Position numbers and translations under genes: made by a program. Below the pieces are notes generated by a model. It searched no databases. It had not been told where the DNA came from and worked only from the letters and a program-made list of their open reading frames with translations. 64,000 nucleotides of DNA from Candidatus Methanomethylicia archaeon (GTDB taxonomy: Archaea > Thermoproteota > Methanomethylicia > CALHIW01). The DNA lies in NCBI GenBank assembly GCA_038845975.1, contig JAWBQF010000004.1, positions 1 to 64,000 on the forward strand. The letters are read 5' to 3'. Shown here piece after piece: positions 32,261 through 42,779 of the stretch (its first letter is position 1; each line of letters starts with the position of its first letter).

Positions 32261-33541
32261 ATGGAGATAAGAAACATAAAGGTAGTTAATAGTGAAACTG
32301 GTAGTAGATCTCTTAATCCACCAAGTACTTTAAAGAGGGTAAACAATATACTTCCAAAAGTAGGTATAGAGAAGATTGAGCTTATAGATTTAAAATATAC
32401 TGATAACATTCCAGTATTTAGAGTAAATGAATCAGAGAGGAAATGGTATTGTCATCGAGCTTTATACTACTGGTCAAAGCCTCCATCCCCCCTCAATAAG
32501 CCTCCTAGAGAGGCTTACGGTAAAGGTATAACTATTCATCAATCAAGAGCAAGTGCTATAATGGAGGCTATAGAGAGATATTGTGCACAAATTTTCCCTC
32601 ATAGTAGGATTATTCATGCAGATTATGATGAGGTAAAGGAATATGCTATTCCACCCTCCAAATTTTCATTTCCTAAATTTATTCCTCCTAAATGCTGGTA
32701 TTGTATGGAGAGAGAGTTTAGATGTTTCTCTAATCTTAGCAATGTATGTTATGAATGGACTTGGGGGTTTTCATTAATAAGGAGGAAACAAGTTCTAGTT
32801 CCATCTCCTCTGGTTTACTATCCATACATGTCAAAGAATGGCTACTCATTCATATTTAACGATACGGGCGGTCTTGCCTCAGGAAATACTCTAGAGGAAG
32901 CAATACTAAGCGGATTAGCCGAGGTAATAGAGAGGGATGCATTATATAATACATTTAATACTGAAAGTATAGATAATATAAAACTTCTTGAAACTAATGA
33001 CTTAGATAATAAGTATCTTACAGAGTTCTTCAACAATATTCCTCAAGATAGGGTTTTCATTTTCCTTATTGAGAATAAGGTAAAAATAAATATTCCCACA
33101 ATAGCTGCCTTCATATGCTATGTAGCTGGGAAAACAGGCTTTATTTTTGGAGGTTCAGGAACTCACCTTAACCTAGAAGTAGCTTTATTAAGAGCAATAA
33201 CTGAAATGGAGCAACAAAAAGTTAGGAAAAAGATCTTAATAGAGTTTAATAAAAATGATTTATTGTCCTCAAGCAAAACTCTAATTAACAATACTGTTTC
33301 CACTATGCAAGTACATAGTAGATCTACAGAAGATTTAAAGATGGATATAGATCTATATTTAGAAGAGCTATCTAGAAGTAATATGGATGTTATTGTAGTC
33401 GACCTAACACATCCCAATATAGGAATACCTACCGTTAGAATTATAGTACCGGAACTTATATCCTATAGTGGAATACCTATCAGGCAAAGCTTCCTAATTA
33501 ATATCATGAGGGCGGAGGAAAAACTATATAGACTAATTTAG
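32261..33541 (+). CDS. ycaO: YcaO family protein
   Basis: YGKG....SRASAIMEAIERY, TGGLASGNTLEEAILSGLAEVIERDA, LLRAITEMEQ, VVDLTHPNIGIPTVRIIVP. Confidence 0.92.
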   Translation: MEIRNIKVVNSETGSRSLNPPSTLKRVNNILPKVGIEKIELIDLKYTDNIPVFRVNESERKWYCHRALYYWSKPPSPLNKPPREAYGKGITIHQSRASAIMEAIERYCAQIFPHSRIIHADYDEVKEYAIPPSKFSFPKFIPPKCWYCMEREFRCFSNLSNVCYEWTWGFSLIRRKQVLVPSPLVYYPYMSKNGYSFIFNDTGGLASGNTLEEAILSGLAEVIERDALYNTFNTESIDNIKLLETNDLDNKYLTEFFNNIPQDRVFIFLIENKVKINIPTIAAFICYVAGKTGFIFGGSGTHLNLEVALLRAITEMEQQKVRKKILIEFNKNDLLSSSKTLINNTVSTMQVHSRSTEDLKMDIDLYLEELSRSNMDVIVVDLTHPNIGIPTVRIIVPELISYSGIPIRQSFLINIMRAEEKLYRLI

Positions 33542-33639
33542 CCTTGACTTACAGAAGTGAAGTAGCTAATATACCATTAGGATTTTGCTCTTGCTTCCTT
33601 AGTTAACAGTTATTTATCTGCTTCCTTATTTTACGTATG

Positions 33640-33903
33640 CTAGGAACAGTTTAACGACCTGAGCAGAATGATATTCGCTAAGAACATCTTAAACCTAGCG
33701 TATAGCTTACCTATACTATAAGCTCGGCTTAAACGTCTAGCCATATTGAGATTAATGGAAGACTGTTGAAAAGTGTTAAAGTCCTTGGAGAGTCTTCGAG
33801 ACATACTTTCTGAGTCCTTGAGGTTAAGCTGTTGATTAATAAGGATATTGAGTCTTATATTTACAGTTAAGCCTAAACGTGGAAGGGTTAAGAGTAGATT
33901 CAT
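33640..33903 (-). pseudogene. Probable transposase C-terminal remnant
   Basis: Ends ...RRLSRAYSIGKLYARFKMFLANIILL, reminiscent of IS transposase tails; lies in a decayed intergenic stretch. Confidence 0.35.
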
Positions 33904-34319
33904 TCAGGATAAACTCTCATTATCATTAAAAAAGAAGCTCTTCAGAAAAGCATTGTTCAAGATGTTGAGAATGTAAGCACAATTCGTAGGACTTGCTAAT
34001 ACCGACCGTAAATAGGTCGATGATTACAACATTGATGAATTTAAAAGTTACAATGTCATCGATGCTTGTTATGAACAAAGGGTAAACTATTTGAGAAGTT
34101 ACATACTAGGTAAATAATGTGAATGCTATAATTAACATCTAAGAAAGCTCTTAACATCAAAGAGGAATTTAAGTGGAAAGCATCATTCCACGCTAATGGA
34201 GCCTCGTCTTACACAAGAACATGTATGAAAAACTAAATCAGCATGTAATTAGCTAATAGCAATAATTATTTATTAGGAAAACGGATCTAGCAACTTAGGA
34301 AGTTATATAGATTCTGTTG

Positions 34320-34560
34320 TTTATGTTAGTATTAGAAGTTTGGTTGGAGATCTTGGAGTATTCGAGAGGAATAAGGTTCCATTAGATGTCAAGGTTCTGG
34401 TATAGTATTCATATTAAATATTTAGTTTGAGGAGTTAGAGCATTATCTGTGGTTTAAGTCTAATAGTAAAATTATTGAGTTTATGTGGCTGTAGATGCTG
34501 GTAGGAATGAAATAATAGCTATGAAAGCCTATAAGAAATATCATGATATCAGAATTCTCA
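34320..34560 (+). pseudogene. Possible IS6-like transposase N-terminal remnant
   Basis: LVGDLGVFERNKVPLDVKVL then SLR resembles archaeal IS6 transposase starts; multiple stops. Confidence 0.4.
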
Positions 34561-34759
34561 ATGAGGTTTTAAGATAGTGTGATGGGAACAATATTCTTTA
34601 TTGATATATATCATGACTTACCTTTAATGAACTTAAATTATTATAAACTATTATACGTTAAAAACATCTTTCGGTAATAGAAGTATAGTAGAATCAGTAT
34701 ATTCATCATTCAGCAGATAACAAGAGTAAAAGATTTAAGTACTTAAATATCTAATCTAT

Positions 34760-35974
34760 ATGGTTTTAGAGGATTTGTATTTACCGTTTCTAAATGGGAA
34801 GCATTTATTGATTAGATCTACTTTAAGGGATTTCGCCAGTAGAAGGCTTATAGCTACTGATGTTATGAGGAGGGAGAGGGAGGGGGATATTAATGGTACT
34901 GTTGAGGTTTTTAGGGAGCTAGCTAAGCTAGGCTATACTGGTATTAGGATTCCTGAGGATTATGGCGGTATGGGGGAGGATATATATTCATGGATAATAT
35001 TAATGGAGGAGCTTGGATATTTTGATCCTAATATTGCAGGTATGATGCTTATACATACGGGCGCTGCTTCACAATGTATTGTCCACTTCGCTTCTGAGGA
35101 TCTTAAGAGAAAGTATCTTCCACTAATAGCTAGAGGGGAAAGAATCTTAGCGTTCGCTATGACTGAGGATGAAATTCCTGGAAGCTGGTCCTCATACATG
35201 AAGACTAAAGCTGAGATTAAAGGAGATAAATATCTCCTTAACGGTAGGAAAACCTTTATTACAAATGCTGGTGTTGCTGATATATTCATAGTATTCGCTA
35301 GATTAGACCCTATGGAGAAGGGGGCTAGAGGTATAGGTATGTTTATAGTTGAGAAGAATTTTCCAGGATTCCATTTTGATGGTGAAATACCTGGATTAGG
35401 AACTAGAGCATTATCATGGGGTACAATAACTCTAGAAGACTGCGAGGTTCCGAGAGAAAACCTAATTGTAGGTCCACCTAAAGCATTCTCACTAGCCATG
35501 GATATGTTTAATACTGAAAGAATAGGGAATCCATCAATATGTAACGGTATTGCTCAAAGAGCATTTGATGAAGCTTTAGAATTCTTAATACAGAGAAGAG
35601 ATCCTAGAACAAGTAAATCCTTCCTAGAAAGCTATCAAGGCCTACAGTTTAAAATAGCTGAAATGGCCTCTCTAATTAGATCGTCAAGACTTAACGTATG
35701 GTATTGTGCATATCTAATTCAAAACGAGAAACCATATGTAAAGGAAGTTCAGCTAGCTAAACTATTTGCAAACGAAATGGTTAGAAGAGTATGTATAGAT
35801 TCAATGCAGCTTCAAGGTGGATACGGATACTCAGCAGAACTACTTACCGAAAAGCTAGTAAGAGGAGGAATGTTCGGAGGTATTGGTGGAGGAACATTAG
35901 AAATCCTAAAGCTAAGATACATATCTGAATTAATGAAGGAGAAGGGACTTAAACATCATGAAACCTCTAAATAA
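34760..35974 (+). CDS. Acyl-CoA dehydrogenase family protein
   Basis: IPEDYGGMG, AFAMTE, LNGRKTFITNA, FNTERIG, YQGLQFKIAEM, AKLFANE, QLQGGYGY, IGGGT. Confidence 0.93.
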   Translation: MVLEDLYLPFLNGKHLLIRSTLRDFASRRLIATDVMRREREGDINGTVEVFRELAKLGYTGIRIPEDYGGMGEDIYSWIILMEELGYFDPNIAGMMLIHTGAASQCIVHFASEDLKRKYLPLIARGERILAFAMTEDEIPGSWSSYMKTKAEIKGDKYLLNGRKTFITNAGVADIFIVFARLDPMEKGARGIGMFIVEKNFPGFHFDGEIPGLGTRALSWGTITLEDCEVPRENLIVGPPKAFSLAMDMFNTERIGNPSICNGIAQRAFDEALEFLIQRRDPRTSKSFLESYQGLQFKIAEMASLIRSSRLNVWYCAYLIQNEKPYVKEVQLAKLFANEMVRRVCIDSMQLQGGYGYSAELLTEKLVRGGMFGGIGGGTLEILKLRYISELMKEKGLKHHETSK

Positions 35975-37145
35975 CATAACCGTACTAGAGTGTGGTACAG
36001 GTTTAACAGCTCCATATACATCATCCCTACTTGGAGATCTAGGAGCTAATGTAATAAAAATAGAAGGACCTGAAAAAGATGCTTCAAGATCCTGGCCACC
36101 AGTAAAAGAAGGATTTAGTTACTACTATGCAGCTATAAATAGGAATAAGAGAAATATCACTATAAATCTTAAAATAGATAAGGGAAAGGAGGTTTTTTAT
36201 AAGTTAGCTGAAAGAGCAGATATAATCATAGAGAACTTTACTCCAGGAACTGTTAATAAGTTGGGAATAGGATATAATGATATTAAGAAAATAAATCCTA
36301 AAGTAATCTATTGTCACATTTCAGGTTTTGGATGGGATAGTCCATACAGGAATAGAGCTGCCTTCGACTATATAATGCAGGGTGAAACAGGATGGATGAG
36401 CTTTACTGGAACTTCCGAAACTCCATGTAGAATAGGAATACCAATAACAGACTTCATAACATCCATATACACTCTATCAGCTATACTTTCAGCATTAATA
36501 TACAGGGATAAATATGGTGAGGGAATGGAGATAGATATGTCAATGTGGGATTGTCAATTAACCTCATTCTTCGCTTTAGCATCCATATACTGGGTGGAAA
36601 ATAGAGTTCCCGAAAGAATGGGGATGAAATATATTTTTGGTCCAGTATACCAGCCCTATAAAGCTAGGGATGGTAGATGGATAATACTGGGAATAGCAAC
36701 AACACCACACTGGAGGAAATTCTGTGAAAAGTATGGATTAATAGATCTTCTAGAAAAGTATCCTACAATAATAGATGTTCAGATGAGAAAGGATAAATAC
36801 AGTGAAATAGAAGTGAAAATAGGGAGGGTGATTGCTGAGAGAAATTCAGATGAATGGATTAAACTATTAACAGAGGATGGAATACCTTCAGGTACTATAA
36901 ATAGTGTAGCTGAAGTACTAAATCATCCACAGACGTTAAGTAGAGAAATAATAGCTAAAACCATACATAAAAAACTAGGTGAAATAAAAGTAATAAAATC
37001 CCCATTTAAAACATCAAAGTTTAACGTAGAGATAAAAATCCCTCCATCCCTACCTGGAGAACATACAGATGAGGTAATGAGAGAGCTAGGCTACTCAGAA
37101 AAACAGATAGAAGAACTTAAAAACATAGGAGCAATAGGAATCTAA
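35958..37145 (+). CDS. Family III CoA transferase (CaiB/BaiF)
   Basis: LGDLGANVIKIE, NRNKRNITINLK, IENFTPG, ISGFG, catalytic AFDYIMQG, PGEHTDEV; overlaps the ACAD stop. Confidence 0.93.
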   Translation: MKPLNNITVLECGTGLTAPYTSSLLGDLGANVIKIEGPEKDASRSWPPVKEGFSYYYAAINRNKRNITINLKIDKGKEVFYKLAERADIIIENFTPGTVNKLGIGYNDIKKINPKVIYCHISGFGWDSPYRNRAAFDYIMQGETGWMSFTGTSETPCRIGIPITDFITSIYTLSAILSALIYRDKYGEGMEIDMSMWDCQLTSFFALASIYWVENRVPERMGMKYIFGPVYQPYKARDGRWIILGIATTPHWRKFCEKYGLIDLLEKYPTIIDVQMRKDKYSEIEVKIGRVIAERNSDEWIKLLTEDGIPSGTINSVAEVLNHPQTLSREIIAKTIHKKLGEIKVIKSPFKTSKFNVEIKIPPSLPGEHTDEVMRELGYSEKQIEELKNIGAIGI

Positions 37146-37449
37146 GTCAATGAATATATAAGATTACGCCCATTATTTCTCTCACTTTGAGTCACTGAAA
37201 GTTTAGGTAAATTTAACTCTTAACATTTCGAATATGTTCATGTATATATGAAGTATTTATCTATTTAATATTGTGCTATTACTATACTTTACTATGGAGC
37301 TTAGATATGAAATAGTAATTAATAACTTAAGTTCATGGAGATGATTGCTAGCTAGGAAATCTTAATCTACAATTAACAATCAATTCTATACTTCAAATTG
37401 AAACCTAATTGAAATTTAGAGATGATATACATACTAATTTTATAAAGAT

Positions 37450-38382
37450 TTATTCAATGATTAAGCTTAAAACTTCTCTAGCTATTCTTATCCTATCTTC
37501 AAGGTTTTTCATTAGAGTATTTGTTGCATATACTGTAATACCTAGCTTCTCTATTTTATCTTTTAGATTTATATCTACTTTATCTATTACAAATACGTCA
37601 AGGAAATCTCTATATAGCTCCGCAACGCTATAAGCTGATGGTTCAAGTCCAAGTCCTTTAAGCATTTTATCAGCAGGTCCCTTAACAGCAGTTCCACTTA
37701 TTATCGGGCTTACTCCAATGATTTTAGCTTTTGTCTCTCTTAAGGCCTTCCTAACTCCTTTAATAGATACTATTGTACCAATACTTACAATAGGATTGCT
37801 TGGACATATTATAACTCCATCAGCATTCATTATGGCCTCAATAACTCCATTAGCGGGCTCCGCCTTCTCTATTCCCCTATAGATTATATCTTTAACTTCA
37901 TCTTGAAATCCCCTCTTAACAAAATAGTCTTGGAAGGACATGAATCCCTTATCTGTTAAAACCATGGTTTCAATTCTATCATTAGTTGCAGGTATTACTT
38001 TTACTTTAACATTAAGTCTTCTTCTAATAATGTCTATAACCTCTTGAAGTTTTAGTCCTCTTCTCAGCAGCATGGTTCTAAAAATATGTGTTGCTAAGTC
38101 CTTATCACCAATTCTAAACCATGTTTCAAAACCATATCTTGAAAGCATTTCAAGACAGTTAAATGTATCCCCCCTAATGCCCCATCCCTTAACATCATCA
38201 GCAATACCGGCTAAAGTATATATAATAGTATCAATATCTGGTGAAATGTAAAGTCCATATATTTCAACATCATCTCCAACATTAACAATAACAGTAATAC
38301 TGCTTGGATCGGTGATTCTTACAAGTCCATCTAGGAATCGAGCAGCCCCAACACCACCTGCTAAAGCAGTAATTTTACTCAT
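37450..38382 (-). CDS. cofD: 2-phospho-L-lactate transferase (F420 biosynthesis)
   Basis: LAGGVGAARF, VNVGDD...SPDIDT, WFRIGDKDLATH, FQDYFV, PSNPIVSI, VKGPADKM. Confidence 0.95.
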   Translation of the reverse strand: MSKITALAGGVGAARFLDGLVRITDPSSITVIVNVGDDVEIYGLYISPDIDTIIYTLAGIADDVKGWGIRGDTFNCLEMLSRYGFETWFRIGDKDLATHIFRTMLLRRGLKLQEVIDIIRRRLNVKVKVIPATNDRIETMVLTDKGFMSFQDYFVKRGFQDEVKDIIYRGIEKAEPANGVIEAIMNADGVIICPSNPIVSIGTIVSIKGVRKALRETKAKIIGVSPIISGTAVKGPADKMLKGLGLEPSAYSVAELYRDFLDVFVIDKVDINLKDKIEKLGITVYATNTLMKNLEDRIRIAREVLSLIIE

Positions 38383-38487
38383 ATTAAGTAAGTTATTCTA
38401 CTGCTTTTAAAGTTGGCTGCTAAGCTTAGCATATTTTCTCATATAAGTTTACTTAAGCTTTTCTAAAAGCTGGCAGCTTTATAAATC

Positions 38488-38760
38488 TAAGCATGCTTAA
38501 CTACTTCTATTTTGGTGTTGTTTACTATAAAAGTGATTTTAAAGCTTCATTTTATTCTTTTCTAATAATCTTTGATTGCTAACTGTTTCTACGAATTCTT
38601 AGTTATATTTCATTAATTCATATTGTAGCATGAATCTATTGATCTTATAAGCATGAATACACCTCACTCATCCTTCATGATGATGTATAGCTATCAAAGA
38701 GCTTAATTCTATTTTTAACTATTTTCTCTATAAGTAAAATTCCAAACCATATACTTAATT
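38488..38760 (+). mobile_element. Decayed left part of a family-B element
   Basis: TAAGCATG..TTCTATTTTGGT..GTTTCTACGAATTCTTAG..CTATTGA..ATAAGCAT is colinear with 26105-26260; boundaries approximate. Confidence 0.6.
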
Positions 38761-38948
38761 AGTATTTTTAGGCTCTATGATAACTCATCAATATAGAGTT
38801 ATCTAGATCCATAGGATCTAACAACTTAAGAAGGAAGTTATAATATGCTAAGCTGTCACATTTGATCTATAAATAGCAATAATTTTAAGGAATGATGGAA
38901 TCTAAATGTATTTGTAGTTCCATATTAAGCATTTCCAAGCAAGAACTC

Positions 38949-39006
38949 GCCTTGTGAACTTAAGCTATTAACTACATGTACTTTTCATATCTAAGTTCAC
39001 AGAGCC
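38949..39006. mobile_element. ~58-bp MITE (family C)
   Basis: IRs TGTGAACTTA / TAAGTTCACA; CAAGAACT duplicated on both flanks (38940-38947, 39007-39014); similar copy at 50914-50972. Confidence 0.75.
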
Positions 39007-39138
39007 CAAGAACTTAAAGCAAAATACATAACCCACCATAGAAATCCATGCTAATAATATCGTAATCTATAAATTCTAATCCTCCTAAAAATTTAAATAG
39101 CTTAAGATCTAAATTGTGATTATATGGACACATAACTT

Positions 39139-40176
39139 CTATTTAATCCATCCAGGTACTCCACATAAATATAGAATTGTAAAGAGCGGTATTGCAAGTA
39201 GTTTTCTTGAAGTTGTTAGTTGGGAGATATCGTCTAGTGGTCCTGGATGAGGATATAGTGAAAATAGAAGCATTATTATAGCCATTAGTGGATATCCTAT
39301 AATATATGTTATCCATGCAATAATTATGGAGATTACTTGATGTTTTCTACCTCCAAACAATGCTCTTGCAACATGTCCTCCATCTAGTGAACCTGCCGGC
39401 ATTAGGTTAAGCATAGTTATAATCATTCCAACCCATGATGCGAAGGCTACAGGATGCATTATTAGTATATGATCTTTAGGAATTCTTAACATAATACTTG
39501 TAATAAGCTCGAATAGTATTGGTGTTGGGTAAAATACAATTCTTTCCATTGGTGCTTCAGTTCTAGGTATAGGATATGATATTGATATTCCTATAAATGC
39601 AAACAATATTGAAATTATAAATCCTAGAATTGGTCCTGTAGCTCCAAGATCATAAAGTGCATCACGATTAGGCGGTGTCTCCTTATTAACTATTACAGCC
39701 CCAAGTGTTCCTAGAAAGAATGGTACTGGTATAAAATATGGTAGTGATGTTTGTATATTCCATTTTCTTGCAGCTAGCTTATGTCCAAGCTCATGAAGCC
39801 CTATTATCATCATTATAGCTACTGAGAATGATGAAGCACCTATGAAAGGATTACTCATTAATCCTGTTTCGAAAAGAGGTATAGAGAGATTGTAACCTAC
39901 GAAGGTTGTTGTTGCTATCGTTAAGATAAGTAAAATTATGTTTACATATGTTTTACTTGGCTTAACTTTAGGTTTAGGTATTATAACAAGCCTAATTCTA
40001 CCTTTAAAACTTCTAAGATAAGCTGTAAGTCCATACTGTTTTAAATGTTCATATACTTTAAGAAATGAATTCTTAATATCTCCTAAAGGTTGAACGTAAA
40101 ATGTAGCTGTATCCCCATGTACTTCAAATTCCTCAACAGTAAAATAGTTAGTAATAATTCCCCATGTACTTTCCAC
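39139..40176 (-). CDS. Site-2 protease (peptidase M50)
   Basis: HELGH, LPYFIP, GTLGA, GPILG, LNLMPAGSLDGGH. Confidence 0.93.
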   Translation of the reverse strand: MESTWGIITNYFTVEEFEVHGDTATFYVQPLGDIKNSFLKVYEHLKQYGLTAYLRSFKGRIRLVIIPKPKVKPSKTYVNIILLILTIATTTFVGYNLSIPLFETGLMSNPFIGASSFSVAIMMIIGLHELGHKLAARKWNIQTSLPYFIPVPFFLGTLGAVIVNKETPPNRDALYDLGATGPILGFIISILFAFIGISISYPIPRTEAPMERIVFYPTPILFELITSIMLRIPKDHILIMHPVAFASWVGMIITMLNLMPAGSLDGGHVARALFGGRKHQVISIIIAWITYIIGYPLMAIIMLLFSLYPHPGPLDDISQLTTSRKLLAIPLFTILYLCGVPGWIK

Positions 40177-40315
40177 TTTTATTCACTAATTAGTATTGTA
40201 GTAATTAAATAAAAATTTAACTCTGAAGCATAGTTTCATGACCTTAAATATAAAGACATACTTAAATGAAATAGTTCTATGCTAAAAATTAATAGTATAG
40301 TTTATTAGGTGTATT

Positions 40316-40744
40316 ATGTATAGATCTGGACATATAATTACATCATTACTTGTATACATTACCATAATTCAGTACTGTTACTTTAACCTGTTTGGTGATT
40401 ATTTACTTCCAATATATTTAATTGTAAATGTTTTTGGAGCTTTAACTCCTGATATTGATATTTATCTTAGAAGAATTGTTAAAGTTAATCATAGAAGTCT
40501 CTTAACCCATTCAGCTCTAATACCATTGGTTCTTAGTTTAATAGTAACTATTTATAGTAGCTATTTTCAACTATATCTCGCATTTAGTTTAGGTATATCT
40601 GCCCATTTGATTTCAGATATACCAAGCCGTAAAACCATTAATAGATTAAGTATTGGTTGGAGTAGGGTTTGGCTACTATTAAATAGTATAGTTTCCCTCC
40701 CAATATTCTCCTATAATTGGCTAAACATAATATTACCTAGATAA
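40316..40744 (+). CDS. Membrane-bound metal-dependent hydrolase (YdjM-like)
   Basis: N-terminal GH, PDID, HRSLLTHS, HLISD. Confidence 0.82.
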   Translation: MYRSGHIITSLLVYITIIQYCYFNLFGDYLLPIYLIVNVFGALTPDIDIYLRRIVKVNHRSLLTHSALIPLVLSLIVTIYSSYFQLYLAFSLGISAHLISDIPSRKTINRLSIGWSRVWLLLNSIVSLPIFSYNWLNIILPR

Positions 40745-40906
40745 GTTTACTGTTTAATATTGTCTTCTAATATTAATTAACTATATGGTTGCTATGTAAT
40801 TATTTCAGTTATTCTTGAGGAGTAGATAATTTTAAATCATCAATTTAACTATAGAATACATGTTCAGTTAATAAGATAATTTCAGTTGTAGAATTTATAT
40901 TAGCTA

Positions 40907-41227
40907 CTATGGTATTGCTCCAAGATTTTTTAAAGCTGTTATAATCATTTTTCTTGGAGGATATCCATAGGGTTTTCCATTATAGAAGTATATTCTATAT
41001 CCTAATCCAATACCTCCCTTATATTTTGGATCTATATCAACTCCATTAATTCTAATTGTTGGTGAGCCTGGAAAACTGTATTTTTCAGCTTTTCTTATTC
41101 CTCCTATAGTGATAGCTTTCAATTCAGCATCTATTTTGTACTCATTTATTATTTCAATTATTGTTTTTAATGCTTCTTTCCAATATGGGCAATCTTTAGT
41201 ATGTAGCAGTTCAATTTTAATCTTCAA
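40907..41227 (-). CDS. Small thioredoxin-fold protein
   Basis: KIELLHTKDCPYW and FPGSPTIRINGVDID (cis-Pro motif), single Cys. Confidence 0.78.
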   Translation of the reverse strand: MKIKIELLHTKDCPYWKEALKTIIEIINEYKIDAELKAITIGGIRKAEKYSFPGSPTIRINGVDIDPKYKGGIGLGYRIYFYNGKPYGYPPRKMIITALKNLGAIP

Positions 41228-41415
41228 TAACTATCCCTCCATAATCGTACTGTGTTTCTTAGTCTTACTACCTTAATAAATTTCTATTTCAAATTGCTCA
41301 ATCTACTTATCCTATGTTCTATTTGATACTGAATAATATTGGCTTTTAAAAACTTGATTATGCTTATTATTTTTCGGTTTTATTATTTATATATTGTATT
41401 CTGTATTAAGTTTTT

Positions 41416-41505
41416 GCTCTTTAATAAGTTCTGTGTGGCTACCATTGACGAGAACGGTGAACCGATGTGGCTCCTATTATTAGCCACAAAATCTTATTGA
41501 ATAGC
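41416..41505. mobile_element. ~90-bp MITE (family D)
   Basis: Ends GCTCTTTAATAAG / CTTATTGAATAGC; flanks TAAGTTTTT / TAAGTTATT; interior CGAGAACGGTGAA shared with 42872-42958. Confidence 0.78.
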
Positions 41506-41659
41506 GTAAGTTATTATTCAACTCCATAGCAAGCTAATTGCTTGAACAGAGTAAACACATCAATATGCTAATGTATGAATTATTTAGCTTCTATGCTTAA
41601 ACACTATGTTGCTATTAAATATGTAGAAAGGTTTTTGAGGGTTTAGGTTACTATGATCT

Positions 41660-42556
41660 ATGCTTGAAGATCTTGAAAGCTATATTAGAGCTGGCCGTAT
41701 AGCTTCAGCTGTTAGGAGGAATATTAAGGATATTGTTAGAGAGGGGGGATCTATTCTTAAGTTATGTGAGGATGTGGAGAACATTATTCGAGGTCTTGGT
41801 GGCGAACCTGCCTTCCCATGTAATGTAGGGGTAAACTATGTAGCTGCTCATTATACCTCCTCTATAAATGATGAAAGCATTATACCTCCAAAATCTATTG
41901 TTAAGGTAGATTTTGGAGTACATGTCAATGGATGTATTGCGGATACTGCTATAACTATTAATTTTAATCCTGAACTTGATTTTCTAATTAAGGCTGTTGA
42001 AGAAGCTTTAGAGAAAGCTATTGAGTCTATTAAGCCTGGAGTAAAGTATTCGGATATTGGATCTATTGTTGAGGATACTGTGAAGAGGTATGGATGTAAA
42101 CCTATTAGGAATCTATGTGGTCATTCAATGAATAAATATCAGATACATGCCGGAGTAAGTATACCTAATATCCGATCCATTAATCTTGGAAGGTTTAAAG
42201 CTGACGGTGTATATGCTATTGAACCATTCACAACAGTTCAAAACGCAGATGGTGAAGTTATAGATGGTCCCCCTGGAAACATTTATCGTCTCCTAAAGCT
42301 TAAACCACCTAAAAATGGTTTAGCTAGAAATCTATTTGAACTCATAAAATCTAAATATTACACTCTACCATTTACTCCAAGATGGTTTATAAAAGCATTT
42401 AATAATAAGGATCTTAATGAAGCTTTCAAATCCTTAATTAAGTCAAAACATGTACTATCATATCCAATACTTATAGAAAAATCGAAAATGCCTATAGCTC
42501 AGGCTGAACATACAGTTATAATATCTAATGGTAATGTAATTGTAACAACTGAATAG
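41660..42556 (+). CDS. map: Methionine aminopeptidase type II
   Basis: AFPCN, AAHYT, KVDFGVHVNGCIADTA, NLCGH, AIEPF, AQAEHTV. Confidence 0.96.
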   Translation: MLEDLESYIRAGRIASAVRRNIKDIVREGGSILKLCEDVENIIRGLGGEPAFPCNVGVNYVAAHYTSSINDESIIPPKSIVKVDFGVHVNGCIADTAITINFNPELDFLIKAVEEALEKAIESIKPGVKYSDIGSIVEDTVKRYGCKPIRNLCGHSMNKYQIHAGVSIPNIRSINLGRFKADGVYAIEPFTTVQNADGEVIDGPPGNIYRLLKLKPPKNGLARNLFELIKSKYYTLPFTPRWFIKAFNNKDLNEAFKSLIKSKHVLSYPILIEKSKMPIAQAEHTVIISNGNVIVTTE

Positions 42557-42779
42557 CTCTTTATGCTCTAAACCTACCTGGTAATAGGTATTATCAACTC
42601 TAAAAGTTTTCTTTAATGTTAACTCCATTAAACTGTAAATATATGTATAGCAAAATTCAAATAATACTCTACATCTTCTTTAGCGATTTTAGCATTATTA
42701 AATGTTGTAATTCAATGTAGAGTAATCCTATAAGTCGTAGACTTACTTCAGCACTATAATGTTTTAAATGTTTACTAAA

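Noticed and set aside
33542-34759. RiPP precursor peptide for the YcaO
   Set aside because: Only short ORFs without leader/core character (e.g. MITTLMNLKVTMSSMLVMNKG) and IS-like debris were found.
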